Origin: Collinsella sp. | GTDB lineage: Bacteria; Actinomycetota; Coriobacteriia; Coriobacteriales; Coriobacteriaceae | Reading direction: 5' to 3' | DNA: 64,000 bases | NCBI GenBank assembly: GCA_019419445.1 | Contig: DXZX01000005.1 | Location: forward strand, 10,196 to 74,195 | Shown here: positions 37,275-48,352 of the stretch, piece after piece | Numbering within the stretch: position 1 is the first letter of the stretch | Layout: each line of letters starts with the position of its first letter | Program-made: the position numbers and the translations under genes | Notes under the pieces: generated by a model | What the model was told of the DNA's origin: nothing | Database searches by the model: none | The model's input: the letters and a program-made list of their open reading frames with translations, nothing else

Positions 37275-37655
37275 CTACTGCATGGTTTCGGGGGCTACGA
37301 GGTCGAGCATCTCGTGCAGCTTGTCGCGCGTGACGCCCAAGGCTTCGGCTTGGCTCGCCGCTTTCGCAAGCAGCTCTTCGATATGGCAGAGCTGGTTTTC
37401 GCGCAAGAGTTCTTGGTTGCCCTCGGCGACAAAACAGCCCTTGCCCTGCACGGTGCAGATAAAGCCGAGTTGCTCCAGGTCGGCGTAGGCGCGCTTGGTG
37501 GTGATGACACTCACGCCGAGGTCGCTCGCGAGCGTACGGATGCTGGGTAGTTTGGCTCCCGCAGCGAGTGCGCCCGAAAGGATCTGCGCTTTGACCTGCG
37601 AGGAGATCTGCTCATAGATGGGCTTGTCGCTCGAATTGGATAGGATAATGTCCAC
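37275..37655 (-). CDS. GntR-family regulator, YtrA subfamily
   Basis: KPIYEQI, KLPSIRTLA, TTKRAY, QGKGCFV; short C-terminus; heads an ABC operon. Confidence 0.92.
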   Translation of the reverse strand: MDIILSNSSDKPIYEQISSQVKAQILSGALAAGAKLPSIRTLASDLGVSVITTKRAYADLEQLGFICTVQGKGCFVAEGNQELLRENQLCHIEELLAKAASQAEALGVTRDKLHEMLDLVAPETMQ

Positions 37656-37682
37656 AGCGGCTCCTTAGCTGTTGGGCTACAC

Positions 37683-37716
37683 GTGTATATAACCGGTAAG
37701 CACAGTATATATACAC
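37683..37716. promoter_or_regulatory. Putative YtrA operator (inverted repeat)
   Basis: GTGTATATA...TATATACAC just upstream of the GntR gene; YtrA-type operons are typically autoregulated through such repeats. Confidence 0.6.
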
Positions 37717-37870
37717 TATGCACAGTTATGCAAGAGACAAATTCGGATTGGGCCGGCTACCCAGGCCCCAACTGATGAATTTGTCCTGATAGGCGCCCTA
37801 GAGCGGGATTTCGCGGCTACAATAGTGCGGTTACATCGACGTAATGCACTCAATGCAAGAAAGGATCCGC

Positions 37871-39484
<1,614 letters not shown>

Positions 39485-39526
39485 CGCATCGGCGCGGTGG
39501 CCCTGCGGGGCTGCCGCGCCGGTTGC

Positions 39527-39555
39527 TTGCCTGATGCCGTGTGAGCGGCTATCAT
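39527..39555 (+). promoter_or_regulatory. Sigma-70-type promoter for the VUT-SDR operon
   Basis: TTGCCT-N17-TATCAT, just downstream of the prfC hairpin (39490-39521). Confidence 0.6.
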
Positions 39556-39584
39556 ACCCACCGTCGTCTCAAGACCGGGGCGTC

Positions 39585-39634
39585 CGAGCAGTTCGGGTCC
39601 GATATCCTGCTCGTTAAACCTAAAACCAAAGGAG
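39585..39634 (+). promoter_or_regulatory. Putative preQ1 class I-like riboswitch
   Basis: 7-bp stem CGAGCAG/CTGCTCG, loop UUCG...AUC, A-rich tail UUAAACCUAAAACC running into the SD AAAGGAG, upstream of a YhhQ/VUT gene. Confidence 0.55.
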
Positions 39635-39640
39635 TACATA

Positions 39641-40363
39641 ATGATCAAGAAGGTCATGGAGGACTACAAGGTCCTGTTGCGGAGCATTCCCGCGGCGACA
39701 GTTTCGCTGTTTTTCGTGAGCGTCATCATGATGAACTTGCTGGCCAACAAAGAGCTTATCAGCCTGCCATATCTGGCGCTCGACTGCGGCTTTGTAGTGA
39801 GCTGGGTTTCGTTTTTGTGCCAGGACATGATCTGCAAGCGCTTTGGCGCCAAGGCATCCATCAAAATCTCTATCCTCGCGCTGCTGGTCAACCTGGCCGT
39901 GAGCCTGTGCTTTTGGGCATGCTCGCTCACGCCCGGTATGTGGGGCGCCTACTACGACACCGGCATGATCGAGGTCAACACTGCCCTTAACGCCACCATC
40001 GGCGGCACCTGGTACGTGGTGCTGGGCTCTTCGCTGGCAATGCTCGTTTCTGCCGTGGTTAACTCCACGCTCAACCAGTCGCTCGGCCGTATGCTCAAAA
40101 AGAATAACTTTGCGAGCTTCGCTTTCCGTTCCTATGTGTCCACGGGTGTTGGCCAGTTTATCGACAACCTGGTCTTTGCCATTGTGGTGAGCCACACGTT
40201 CTTTGGTTGGACTTGGGTGCAGGTCCTTATGTGCTCGCTGACCGGCGCTGTTGCCGAGCTGCTGTGCGAGGTCTTCCTGAGCCCCGTGGGCTACAAGGTC
40301 GTGCGCGGCTGGGAGCGCGAGAATGTGGGCGCCGAGTACCTCGAGCGTCACGCAACCGCCTAA
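39641..40363 (+). CDS. VUT (YhhQ/COG1738) family transporter, putative queuosine-precursor uptake
   Basis: NLLANK, FLCQDMICKRFGAK, RSYVSTGVGQFIDNLVF; multiple TM helices. Confidence 0.85.
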   Translation: MIKKVMEDYKVLLRSIPAATVSLFFVSVIMMNLLANKELISLPYLALDCGFVVSWVSFLCQDMICKRFGAKASIKISILALLVNLAVSLCFWACSLTPGMWGAYYDTGMIEVNTALNATIGGTWYVVLGSSLAMLVSAVVNSTLNQSLGRMLKKNNFASFAFRSYVSTGVGQFIDNLVFAIVVSHTFFGWTWVQVLMCSLTGAVAELLCEVFLSPVGYKVVRGWERENVGAEYLERHATA

Positions 40364-40372
40364 GGAGCAAGT

Positions 40373-41053
40373 ATGCGGGTTTTGATCACGGGTGCCTCGG
40401 GCGGTATCGGAGCCGCGTGCGTGCAGCGTTTTTTGGACGAGGGCCACGAGGTCGTGGGTTTTGATCTGCTGCCGGCGGCGATCGAACACGAGCGCTACCG
40501 CCATCTGATCGTTGATGTCCGCGAACCGGACTCGTTTCCAGACGACCTTGAACCCCAGGTAATCGTAAACGTTGCCGGTACGCAGGATTCGGCCGACGAC
40601 ATTGCCGCCAACCTGTGTGGCACCATCAACGTGACCGAGCGTTACGCCTTTGTGGGGGAGGGGCTTGCCGCCAAGCCGGCGCCGGCTATTAAATCCGTGG
40701 TCAATGTGGGGTCGGCGAGCGGGCATACGGGGTCGGAGTTTCCCGCCTATGCCGCCAGCAAGGGCGGCGTTATCGCCTACACCAAGAACCTTGCAAACCG
40801 CCTGGCGCCGCAGGCCATCGCCAACAGCGTGGACCCGGGCGGCGTTATCACGCCGCTCAACCGTTGTGTGATGGAAGACGAACACCTGTGGAACCAGATT
40901 ATGGAGCTCACGCCGCTTAAGCGCTGGGCCACCGCCCAAGAGATCGCCGAGTGGATCTACTTTGTGGGCGTGACCAACCGGTTTATGACCGGGCAGAGTC
41001 TGCTCATTGACGGTGGCGAGGCCGGCCGCACACAATTTATTTGGCCCGAATAG
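40373..41053 (+). CDS. Classical SDR-family oxidoreductase
   Basis: TGASGGIG, VNVAG, NVGSAS, YAASK, PLKRWA, TGQSLLIDGG. Confidence 0.92.
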   Translation: MRVLITGASGGIGAACVQRFLDEGHEVVGFDLLPAAIEHERYRHLIVDVREPDSFPDDLEPQVIVNVAGTQDSADDIAANLCGTINVTERYAFVGEGLAAKPAPAIKSVVNVGSASGHTGSEFPAYAASKGGVIAYTKNLANRLAPQAIANSVDPGGVITPLNRCVMEDEHLWNQIMELTPLKRWATAQEIAEWIYFVGVTNRFMTGQSLLIDGGEAGRTQFIWPE

Positions 41054-41054
41054 G

Positions 41055-41090
41055 AAACGCGCCCGATGGAAAGCCGTCGGGCGCGTTTTT
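41055..41090 (+). terminator. Intrinsic terminator
   Basis: AAACGCGCCCGATGG AAAG CCGTCGGGCGCGTTTTT. Confidence 0.8.
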
Positions 41091-41103
41091 GATGTATCGA
41101 TTT

Positions 41104-41829
41104 TTAGCCGAGGCTAGTCCAGTTGACGGGGGTCGAGCCGTATTGTTCGAGTAGCCGATTGGCTGCCGAGAAGGGGCGCGACCCCATAAAAGCGGGGAGT
41201 TCTGCCGTGGCACGGTTGGCCGAAAGCGGCGAGGGGTGCGTGGAGGCCAGGCAGAACTTACCGGCTGCCTTGCCCGCGCCGGTCGCGGCGAGCTTGCCTT
41301 CGACCATCTGCTGGGCAAAGCGACCCCATGCCAAAAAGATGACCGGCCTGGGCAGCTGACAGCAGCGTTCGATAACGTAGTCGGTGAGCGTGCTCCAGCC
41401 CAGTTTGGCGTGCGAGTTCGCGGCATGCTCGCGCACGGTGAGCGTGGTGTTAAGGAGCAGGACGCCCTGTTGTGCCCATGGCGTTAGATCTCCTGTGGCG
41501 GGAATAGGACAGTCCAGATCGGCTTTGAGTTCCTTGTAGATGTTGCGCAGGCTCGGCGGCAACTTGGTTTGCGTCGCGGGGACCGAGAACGACAGTCCCA
41601 TGGCCTGGTTGGGCCCGTGATAGGGGTCTTGACCCAAAATGACAACTTTGACCTGGTCGGCCGGCGTGTAGGCGAGGGCATTGAGGATGTCGTCTTGTGC
41701 CGGGTAGATGGTTTGCTCGGCACGCAAAAGGGCGATGCGCTCGAGCAGCTGGTTCGTCGTGTCACGTACCGGCTGCGGCGCATCGCCCAACCAAGTCGCT
41801 ATGTTGCGGTCGCGGGTTGCGGTGTCCAT
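41104..41829 (-). CDS. ung: Uracil-DNA glycosylase family 1
   Basis: GQDPYH, GLSFSV, PPSLRNIYKEL, GVLLLN, HPSPLS. Confidence 0.96.
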   Translation of the reverse strand: MDTATRDRNIATWLGDAPQPVRDTTNQLLERIALLRAEQTIYPAQDDILNALAYTPADQVKVVILGQDPYHGPNQAMGLSFSVPATQTKLPPSLRNIYKELKADLDCPIPATGDLTPWAQQGVLLLNTTLTVREHAANSHAKLGWSTLTDYVIERCCQLPRPVIFLAWGRFAQQMVEGKLAATGAGKAAGKFCLASTHPSPLSANRATAELPAFMGSRPFSAANRLLEQYGSTPVNWTSLG

Positions 41830-41917
41830 GGGGCTCCTTTATGGCAGATGCTCTGTTGTCATCTATTGTAAAGGCGCACCGGTTGCCTTTATGCCGCGGC
41901 TGTATGAAGAGTGGGGT

Positions 41918-42820
41918 CTACGAGACGTGCTCGGGCGCTCCTGCCATGCGAGCCTGTCCATGTGCGCGAAGGCGCGGAAGCTCGATGGTTGCCACCATGA
42001 CGCCGGTGAGGATGAGGGCGGCACCAAAGAAGGCGATGGGGCTCAGGACCTCGCCGACCAGGAAGAACGAAAAGACGGCGGAACAGACCGGCTCGAGCGA
42101 GAAGGCAAAGCCGGTGGTCTCGGCAGGCACGTGGGGCTGCACGAGCGTCTGGGTGATAAAGCCGTAGGCAGAGCAGATGAGTGCCAGCGCGACGACCACG
42201 ACGATCTCGTTGGGCGTGCTGGGAAGCGTGAAACCGCCCAAGGTGCATGCGGCGATGCCCGAGAACAGGCCGCCAAAGCCCAACTGCCAAACGCCCAGGG
42301 CCAGCGGGTCGACTTCTTCGACAAAGCGCTTGGCTACGATAATGTGGCCGGCATAGATAAAGGCCGAGAGCAGCATGATGATCGCGCCGGGATTCAGGCT
42401 GGTAAAGTCGGCGCCCGAGAGCAGCAGCATGCCGCAGGTGACGATGGCCGTGCCGACGAGCACCTTGCGCTCGGGGGCGCGACGCAGCAGGGCCGCGTTG
42501 GCAAACGGGACGATCACGACCGTCAGGCTCTGCAAAAAACCGGCGGTGGAGGCGGAGGTGAGGCTGGAGCCCAGGCACATGCAGGTGAGCTCGGTTGCCA
42601 TGATGGCACCGATGATGGCGGCGCGAACCATAAGGTCGCGGTTGATGCGGAAAGCGTGCTTGTGGAAGAGCACAAGGCAAGCCGCAAAGGCGATGATGCA
42701 GCGCAACGCAACGATGCTCGTGGCGTTCATGCTGTCCATGCCGATCTTCATGAGGGGGTACGAAAAGCCCCATGCGACGGGAACGGAAAATGAGAGCGCG
42801 ATTGCTTTTTTGCGATCCAT
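41918..42820 (-). CDS. EamA/DMT family transporter
   Basis: About ten TM segments; WGFSY, SLEPV. Confidence 0.88.
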   Translation of the reverse strand: MDRKKAIALSFSVPVAWGFSYPLMKIGMDSMNATSIVALRCIIAFAACLVLFHKHAFRINRDLMVRAAIIGAIMATELTCMCLGSSLTSASTAGFLQSLTVVIVPFANAALLRRAPERKVLVGTAIVTCGMLLLSGADFTSLNPGAIIMLLSAFIYAGHIIVAKRFVEEVDPLALGVWQLGFGGLFSGIAACTLGGFTLPSTPNEIVVVVALALICSAYGFITQTLVQPHVPAETTGFAFSLEPVCSAVFSFFLVGEVLSPIAFFGAALILTGVMVATIELPRLRAHGQARMAGAPEHVS

Positions 42821-42978
42821 GGGACTCCTTTTGTTACAGAACGGTTTCGCAAAAAGGATTCTGCTCCCAGATGTGGATGTAGTAAAGCGAATGTATCTTC
42901 AGTATGATTAAGAAATACTAATGTTGCTAGAAAAAGCGCTGGCAAAACGTTTTACGGCTACATCGATGTGGAGGCACG

Positions 42979-43845
42979 ATGGCATCGCGATATCAGATTG
43001 TATGTATGGTGGTCGATTGCGGCAGTCTGAAGGGCGCGGCCGACGAGCTGGGCTATACGCAAAGCGCGGTGAGCCAGGCCGTCAAGGCGCTCGAGCGCGA
43101 GCTGGGCACCACGATTATCGAGCGCGGTAAGCAGGGCGTATCGCTTACGCGCGACGGCAAACAGTATCTGCCGTATCTGCGCCAGATTGTAACTGCCGAG
43201 GCCGAGCTTGAGGGCAAGCGTCAGGAGTTGCTGGGGCTTTCGTCGACTGACATTCGCATTGCGACGTTTACCAACGTGAGTCGTACCGTGTTGCCGCGCG
43301 TGATTCGCGATTTTGGGGCCCTGCACCCGGGCGTGCACTTTACCCTCAAGCAGGGCGATTACACGCGCAACGCTCAGTGGGTGCACGATGGCGTGGTTGA
43401 TTTTTGTTTTACGGCACGCGGATTTACCGCGGGGCTCGAGAAGCGCGTGGTCTATCACGACGAGTTGGTGGCACTGCTGCCGGCCGCGCATCCGCTGACG
43501 GCAAAGGAAAAGGTGACGCTCGCCGACCTGGCGTCCGGGCCGTTTGTGCTGCTGGATGAGGGCGAACAGAGCCTGGTGCTCGATGCATTCGCGGCGCATG
43601 GGCTGTTGCCGCACGTGACGAGCGAGGTGACCGACGACTACACCATCATGGCGATGGTGGAGGAGGGCCTAGGCGTGAGTATGCTGTATCGCCGTACCGT
43701 CGAGGGCATGAGGGCCGATATTCGCGTGCGTCCCATCGTGCACGCTCCCTCGCGCGACGTGGTGGCGGCCTGGCGCAGCTGGGACACCATGCCTATCGCC
43801 ACGAGGCACTTTATCGACTATATGAGCTCACATATTGTCAATTAA
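42979..43845 (+). CDS. LysR-family regulator, divergent from the EamA gene
   Basis: GSLKGAADELGYTQSAVSQAVKALERELG, MVEEGLGVS. Confidence 0.93.
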   Translation: MASRYQIVCMVVDCGSLKGAADELGYTQSAVSQAVKALERELGTTIIERGKQGVSLTRDGKQYLPYLRQIVTAEAELEGKRQELLGLSSTDIRIATFTNVSRTVLPRVIRDFGALHPGVHFTLKQGDYTRNAQWVHDGVVDFCFTARGFTAGLEKRVVYHDELVALLPAAHPLTAKEKVTLADLASGPFVLLDEGEQSLVLDAFAAHGLLPHVTSEVTDDYTIMAMVEEGLGVSMLYRRTVEGMRADIRVRPIVHAPSRDVVAAWRSWDTMPIATRHFIDYMSSHIVN

Positions 43846-43872
43846 TGACTGGCATGGCGTTGAGTGTGGTGA

Positions 43873-45255
43873 TTAGCGGGCTGTCGCTTTGGCTTGCGTC
43901 AGACGGTAGGTGTGTGCCGGATGGCAGAGCAATACCGCCACGACCATAAAGAACGCCGTGGTGCCCAGACTGATGGGGTAGACCATCATGATGTTCGCAA
44001 AGGTGCGGAAGTGCGGAAACACGCAGAATACCCAGTAGAAGCGGATGCCGCAGACACAGATCATGGTGATGAGGGCGGGCATGAGCGAGATGCCAAAGCC
44101 GCGCAGGTAGCCGGACATATTCTCGTAGAACATGCTAAAGGCGTATGCCGGGAAGATCGAGCACACGCGGATATAGCCGATCGAGACGATGTTGGGGTCG
44201 CTGTTGAACAGCGCCAGGATCTCGCGCCCCAGACCGACGATGATGACGATGGTGGTGAGTGCAACGATGCCGCCTTCGACCAGGCAGACCTTGAGCGTCT
44301 TGGTGCAGCGGTCGATTTGGCGGGCACCGTGGTTTTGTCCCACAAAGGTGGTGCAGGCCTGGCTAAAGCTGTTGAGCAGGTTGTAGCACACGTACTCCAG
44401 GCTCATGGCAGCGCTCGATGCCGCCATGACCTCGGTGCCCAAGCTGTTGATGGCGGACTGGATGATGATGTTGGCGACGGCAAAGACAGCGCTTTGGATG
44501 CCGGCGGGCAGGCCGATCTTGACGATGCGCTTGAGGGCGACGGGGTCGATAGCCAGGTCGCGTGGGGTGACGCGGACGACGGAGTCGGTCTTGAGCAGGC
44601 GGATAAAGAGCGTAGCGGCGCTGACGGTGTAGGCGATGGCGGTGGCGATGGCGACGCCCGCGACGCCCCAGTGGAGTACGGGGACAAAGATGAGGTCCAG
44701 GCCAATGTTGAGGACGGTGGACACGGCAAGTGCCTGCAGCGGCATGCGGGTGATGCCGACGGAGCGGAAGATCGCGGCCTCAAAGTTGTAGAGCAAGATC
44801 GAGGGCATGCTGAGCAAAAAGACGCGCAGGTAGAGCGAAGCGAGCGGCATGGTCTCGGCAGGCACGTTGAGCGCAGCGAGCATGGGCTCGGCAAAGATCT
44901 CGCCCAGTGCGATGACGACAAAGCCCACGAGCGCCATTAAAATCGAGGTATGGACGGCGCGTTTGACCATGTTCTGATCGTTGCGGCCGATAGCGTTGGC
45001 GATGACCACGTTGGAGCCAAGCGACATGCCAATAAAAAGGTTGAGCATAAGACTGGTAAGCGGAACATTGGAGCCGACCGCCGCCATGGCGAGGGTTCCC
45101 TGGTCGCCCGAGAAGTTACCGATGATGACCGTGGCGATGAGGTTCGACAGCTGCTCAAGGATGCTCGTGGCGGCGACGGGAAAGGCGAACAGGGGAATAT
45201 TGCGCCATAGCGAGCCGGTGGTCATGTCAATGTGCTTAGATGCGGTGTCTGCCAT
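43873..45255 (-). CDS. MATE family efflux transporter
   Basis: DMTTGSLW, LNIGLDLIFV, GVAGVAIAT, GQNHGA; about 12 TM segments. Confidence 0.92.
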   Translation of the reverse strand: MADTASKHIDMTTGSLWRNIPLFAFPVAATSILEQLSNLIATVIIGNFSGDQGTLAMAAVGSNVPLTSLMLNLFIGMSLGSNVVIANAIGRNDQNMVKRAVHTSILMALVGFVVIALGEIFAEPMLAALNVPAETMPLASLYLRVFLLSMPSILLYNFEAAIFRSVGITRMPLQALAVSTVLNIGLDLIFVPVLHWGVAGVAIATAIAYTVSAATLFIRLLKTDSVVRVTPRDLAIDPVALKRIVKIGLPAGIQSAVFAVANIIIQSAINSLGTEVMAASSAAMSLEYVCYNLLNSFSQACTTFVGQNHGARQIDRCTKTLKVCLVEGGIVALTTIVIIVGLGREILALFNSDPNIVSIGYIRVCSIFPAYAFSMFYENMSGYLRGFGISLMPALITMICVCGIRFYWVFCVFPHFRTFANIMMVYPISLGTTAFFMVVAVLLCHPAHTYRLTQAKATAR

Positions 45256-45323
45256 ACGCTCTCAATCTCTAATATGCTCTTTCGTGCTTATTTGCGCAGA
45301 CGATGATACTCCTAATGCAGCCA

Positions 45324-45371
45324 GCCGGCACTTAGGGACGTTCCTTTTCTGCCGGCAGCTGGGGACACTCC
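45324..45371. repeat. Palindromic element family D (GCCGGCA-GGGACGTTCC-TGCCGGC) plus an adjacent GGGGAC remnant
   Basis: GCCGGCACTTAGGGACGTTCCTTTTCTGCCGGCAGCTGGGGACACTCC. Confidence 0.6.
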
Positions 45372-45446
45372 TTGTCTCTTCTATGACTAGGTGGGGAAGG
45401 CGTGCGACAATGGTGGGCGTTGTGTTGTTCGCGCTAAGGAGTTGCC

Positions 45447-46262
45447 ATGTTGTTGTGTCCCGTTTGCCATGAACCGTTGGTGGACGACGAGCGCGGTGCT
45501 GCATGCGCGGGCGGACACCGATTTGACCGTGCGCGCGAGGGCTATCTATATCTGCTGCGCTCGTCCAAGAGCGGTGACTCCATGGGCGATCCCAAGTCGC
45601 AGGCACGCAGCCGTCGCGACTTTCTGAACCGCGGTTACTATGCGCCGTTGCGCGATGCGATGGTCGAGCTGGTGCGCGAGCGGGTGTCTGGTCGTGCCGC
45701 GTCAACGAACTGCCCCATGACGTTGCTCGATATTTGCTGTGGCGAGGGCTACTACACCAGCGCCATGGGTGCGGTGCCGGGCGTAGATGCTTACGGTTTC
45801 GACCTGGGCAAAGAGATGGTGCGCCTGGCCGCCAAGCGCGGCGATGCGACCTACTTCGTGGCCAACATGAAGGCTATCCCCGTGGCCGATGGCGCCTTCG
45901 ATATGGTGACCGAGCTCTTTGCCCCCTTTAACGAGCGCGAATTTGCCCGCGTGCTGGCGCCAGAGGGCTCGCTCTATACCGTGGTGCCGGGTGCTCGGCA
46001 TCTGTTTGGCCTCAAAGAGGTGCTCTACGACACGCCATATCTCAATGACGAGAAGCTGCCGAAGACCACCGAACTCGAGTTGGCCTCAACGCTGCGGGTG
46101 TCTGCGAACATTACGCTCCAGACCCAGGCTGACATCGAGGCGGTGTTCCAGATGACGCCGTACTACTACCGCACGCGCCCTGCCGACAAAGAGCGCCTGG
46201 CAAATTTGGATGCCCTTCAAACCGACATCGACTTCATCATCGCCGAGTACCGCCACTGCTAG
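45447..46262 (+). CDS. RlmA-like 23S rRNA m1G methyltransferase
   Basis: CPVC...C...HRFDRAREGY zinc finger, RRDFLNRGYY, LDICCGEGYY, MTPYYY. Confidence 0.85.
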   Translation: MLLCPVCHEPLVDDERGAACAGGHRFDRAREGYLYLLRSSKSGDSMGDPKSQARSRRDFLNRGYYAPLRDAMVELVRERVSGRAASTNCPMTLLDICCGEGYYTSAMGAVPGVDAYGFDLGKEMVRLAAKRGDATYFVANMKAIPVADGAFDMVTELFAPFNEREFARVLAPEGSLYTVVPGARHLFGLKEVLYDTPYLNDEKLPKTTELELASTLRVSANITLQTQADIEAVFQMTPYYYRTRPADKERLANLDALQTDIDFIIAEYRHC

Positions 46263-46263
46263 C

Positions 46264-46300
46264 AACCTGCCAAAAAGGGACAGGTTTATCTTGGCGGGTT
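46264..46300. repeat. Palindromic element family C (AACCTGCCAA-GGGACAGG-TTGGCGGGTT)
   Basis: Directly after the rlmA-like stop codon; 10-bp arms with one mismatch. Confidence 0.65.
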
Positions 46301-46316
46301 TTATCTGGGCAAACGT

Positions 46317-46354
46317 AAAGGGCCGACCGCGTTGTTGCGCGATCGGCCCTTTTT
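46317..46354. terminator. Intrinsic terminator, possibly bidirectional
   Basis: AAAGGGCCGA...TCGGCCCTTTTT. Confidence 0.75.
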
Positions 46355-46389
46355 AGTGCTTGACTGCAGAGGTTATGAGGAGTGAGCGC

Positions 46390-46791
46390 CTACAGGCGGT
46401 CCTTGTTCTCGGCCTTAACGGCGTGCGCCTGCTGAATAAAGAACAGGTCGTAGACCACGATGACAAAGGCGCCAAAGTTGATGGCGTCGCCGCCAAACGC
46501 GGGAAGGGTGAGCACAGCCTGCGCAATCGTGGCGATTGCGGCAACGATGCCGAGCTTAAACGCGCCATCCACCTGCGAAGGCTTGTTGGCGCCCTTGATG
46601 CCCGCAACACCTGCGGCAAGGTCGATAACGCCCTTGGCGACAAGCACGACCGCGGCGAGCATGGCATTCGATCCGTAGACGGATTCAAATTTGCCGGTTG
46701 CGATGCCGGTGATACCGATGACGAGGCTGGCGATGCCCAGAACAAAATAAATCAGGGCAAGGATTTTGAGTGTCTTGCGAGTGAAGCTCAT
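46390..46791 (-). CDS. Hypothetical 4-TM membrane protein
   Basis: AAAGGA RBS before MSFTRKTL; four hydrophobic segments. Confidence 0.75.
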   Translation of the reverse strand: MSFTRKTLKILALIYFVLGIASLVIGITGIATGKFESVYGSNAMLAAVVLVAKGVIDLAAGVAGIKGANKPSQVDGAFKLGIVAAIATIAQAVLTLPAFGGDAINFGAFVIVVYDLFFIQQAHAVKAENKDRL

Positions 46792-47021
46792 GGCTGGTCC
46801 TTTCGATACGAGTACGCCAACCTGGCGCACCCTATGTGCTGCACATATGGTGAAGCACATTGTAGTTCAACGGGGCGATGCATGCGTTTGAAAGCGTCTC
46901 TTGCCTGTACGGTCCAACCTTTCAAAAAGGAAAGCTGGGCGTAAGTCAAATCGATGGCAGCGTATGCGCGGCGCTGCGATGATGGGGCCATGGTAAGAGC
47001 TGGACCGAAGGAGGAGCCGTG

Positions 47022-47162
47022 ATGTACGGAGCCAAGCAAGTGCGTGAGCCGCGTTCGTTAGGAAGGCGTATGGGCGATTCCGTGATCGCTGCCGTGTGCA
47101 CGGGATTGATGGCGGTGCTTTGCATTGGGATGCTGTGGACCATGTCGCGTGTGGGACAATAG
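47022..47162 (+). CDS. Small single-pass membrane protein (46 aa, absent from the ORF track)
   Basis: GAAGGAGGAG RBS; MYGAKQVREPRSLGRRMGDSVIAAVCTGLMAVLCIGMLWTMSRVGQ*. Confidence 0.6.
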   Translation: MYGAKQVREPRSLGRRMGDSVIAAVCTGLMAVLCIGMLWTMSRVGQ

Positions 47163-47225
47163 CGGACGGTTGGGTGCCAACTGAGGTGGCGCTCACGTAT
47201 TCGTTTTGCTTGCTAAGGAGTGTCC

Positions 47226-47930
47226 ATGGGCGTCGTCGATCCCTTTTCTGTTGCTCGGGCTGCTGGGCTCGAGCTCGTGCGGACGTCCGAGGGCCTTACG
47301 CTCACCGACGGCACGATGGAGTTGCGTGCCGATTTTGGCCGCATGCTTCCACGGCTCAAGCAGGGTCGTCTGCAGCAAGAGCTACTGGTGAAGGCTGCGC
47401 GCACAAAAGGCATCGAGCAACCATGGACGATTGATGCCACAGCAGGCTTTGGCGAGGATTCGCTGCTGCTGGCTGCCGCGGGTTTTGCGGTCGATTTGTA
47501 TGAGCAGGATTGCGTGATCGCGGCGCTCCTCCAGGATGCCCTGGATCGCGCGGCAGATGATCCGGCGCTTGCGGCCGCCGTGGCGCGCATGCACTTACAT
47601 GCGGGCGAGGACAGCATTGCCGGTCTTCGCCATACGGCCGAGCTGATCGAGCGGGGCGAGCTCGCGGCTCCCGACGTGGTGTATCTGGACCCCATGTTTC
47701 CCGAGCGCACCAAGAGCGCGGCGGTGAAAAAGAAGTTTCAGCTCTTGCACCATCTGGAGCAGCCGTGCGCCGATGAGGAAACGCTGGTCGAAGCTGCGCT
47801 TGCGGTGCACCCGCGCAAGGTCGTTATCAAGCGACCGGTGAAGGGGCCGCTGCTTGCCGGCGTTAAGCCGAGCTATCAGCTTGCGGGCAAGGCCGTTCGT
47901 TACGATGTTTTGGTGCCGCCGCGCCCGTAG
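47226..47930 (+). CDS. RsmJ-like class I SAM-dependent methyltransferase
   Basis: DATAGFGEDS, DVVYLDPMFP, KSAAVKK, KVVIKRP, RYDV. Confidence 0.85.
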   Translation: MGVVDPFSVARAAGLELVRTSEGLTLTDGTMELRADFGRMLPRLKQGRLQQELLVKAARTKGIEQPWTIDATAGFGEDSLLLAAAGFAVDLYEQDCVIAALLQDALDRAADDPALAAAVARMHLHAGEDSIAGLRHTAELIERGELAAPDVVYLDPMFPERTKSAAVKKKFQLLHHLEQPCADEETLVEAALAVHPRKVVIKRPVKGPLLAGVKPSYQLAGKAVRYDVLVPPRP

Positions 47931-47978
47931 CTTGTGCACGATGGCTGGCGCTTCGCCAGCGCCGTGCCGATGCGGGGT

Positions 47979-48275
47979 CTATTTCCAAGGGTGCGACGTC
48001 AGGTGCCAGCCGCCGCAGTATTCGCATTTGTAGCAGGCCAAACCACGCCGTCCGCGGTTTTCGCAGTCGGCCATAACGGCCTCGGCTTCGGCGCGTGTGT
48101 CGTAACGGTTTTTGCGCTCGCACGACTTATAGCGCCAAGCCTCGTCGCGCTCGGCGTCCAGGGCGTCGCGGCGCTCGTCCTCGCGTGCAAACAGGTCGCT
48201 CATATCGCCGCCGGTGGCAGCGCCCAAAAACTCGCTTTTGGCTTTTGACCAGGCGGCTCGCTTTTTGCTCCCCAT
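47979..48275 (-). CDS. Small Cys/His zinc-binding hypothetical protein
   Basis: SCERKNRY...YKCEYCGGWHLTS; GAGGGG RBS. Confidence 0.75.
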   Translation of the reverse strand: MGSKKRAAWSKAKSEFLGAATGGDMSDLFAREDERRDALDAERDEAWRYKSCERKNRYDTRAEAEAVMADCENRGRRGLACYKCEYCGGWHLTSHPWK

Positions 48276-48352
48276 CTGCTTCGCGCCCCTCTCCAAACGT
48301 TGGTATCATTGCTCAATCAAAGTGATACCAATAAACGTGAGGTCGCCGCGCG

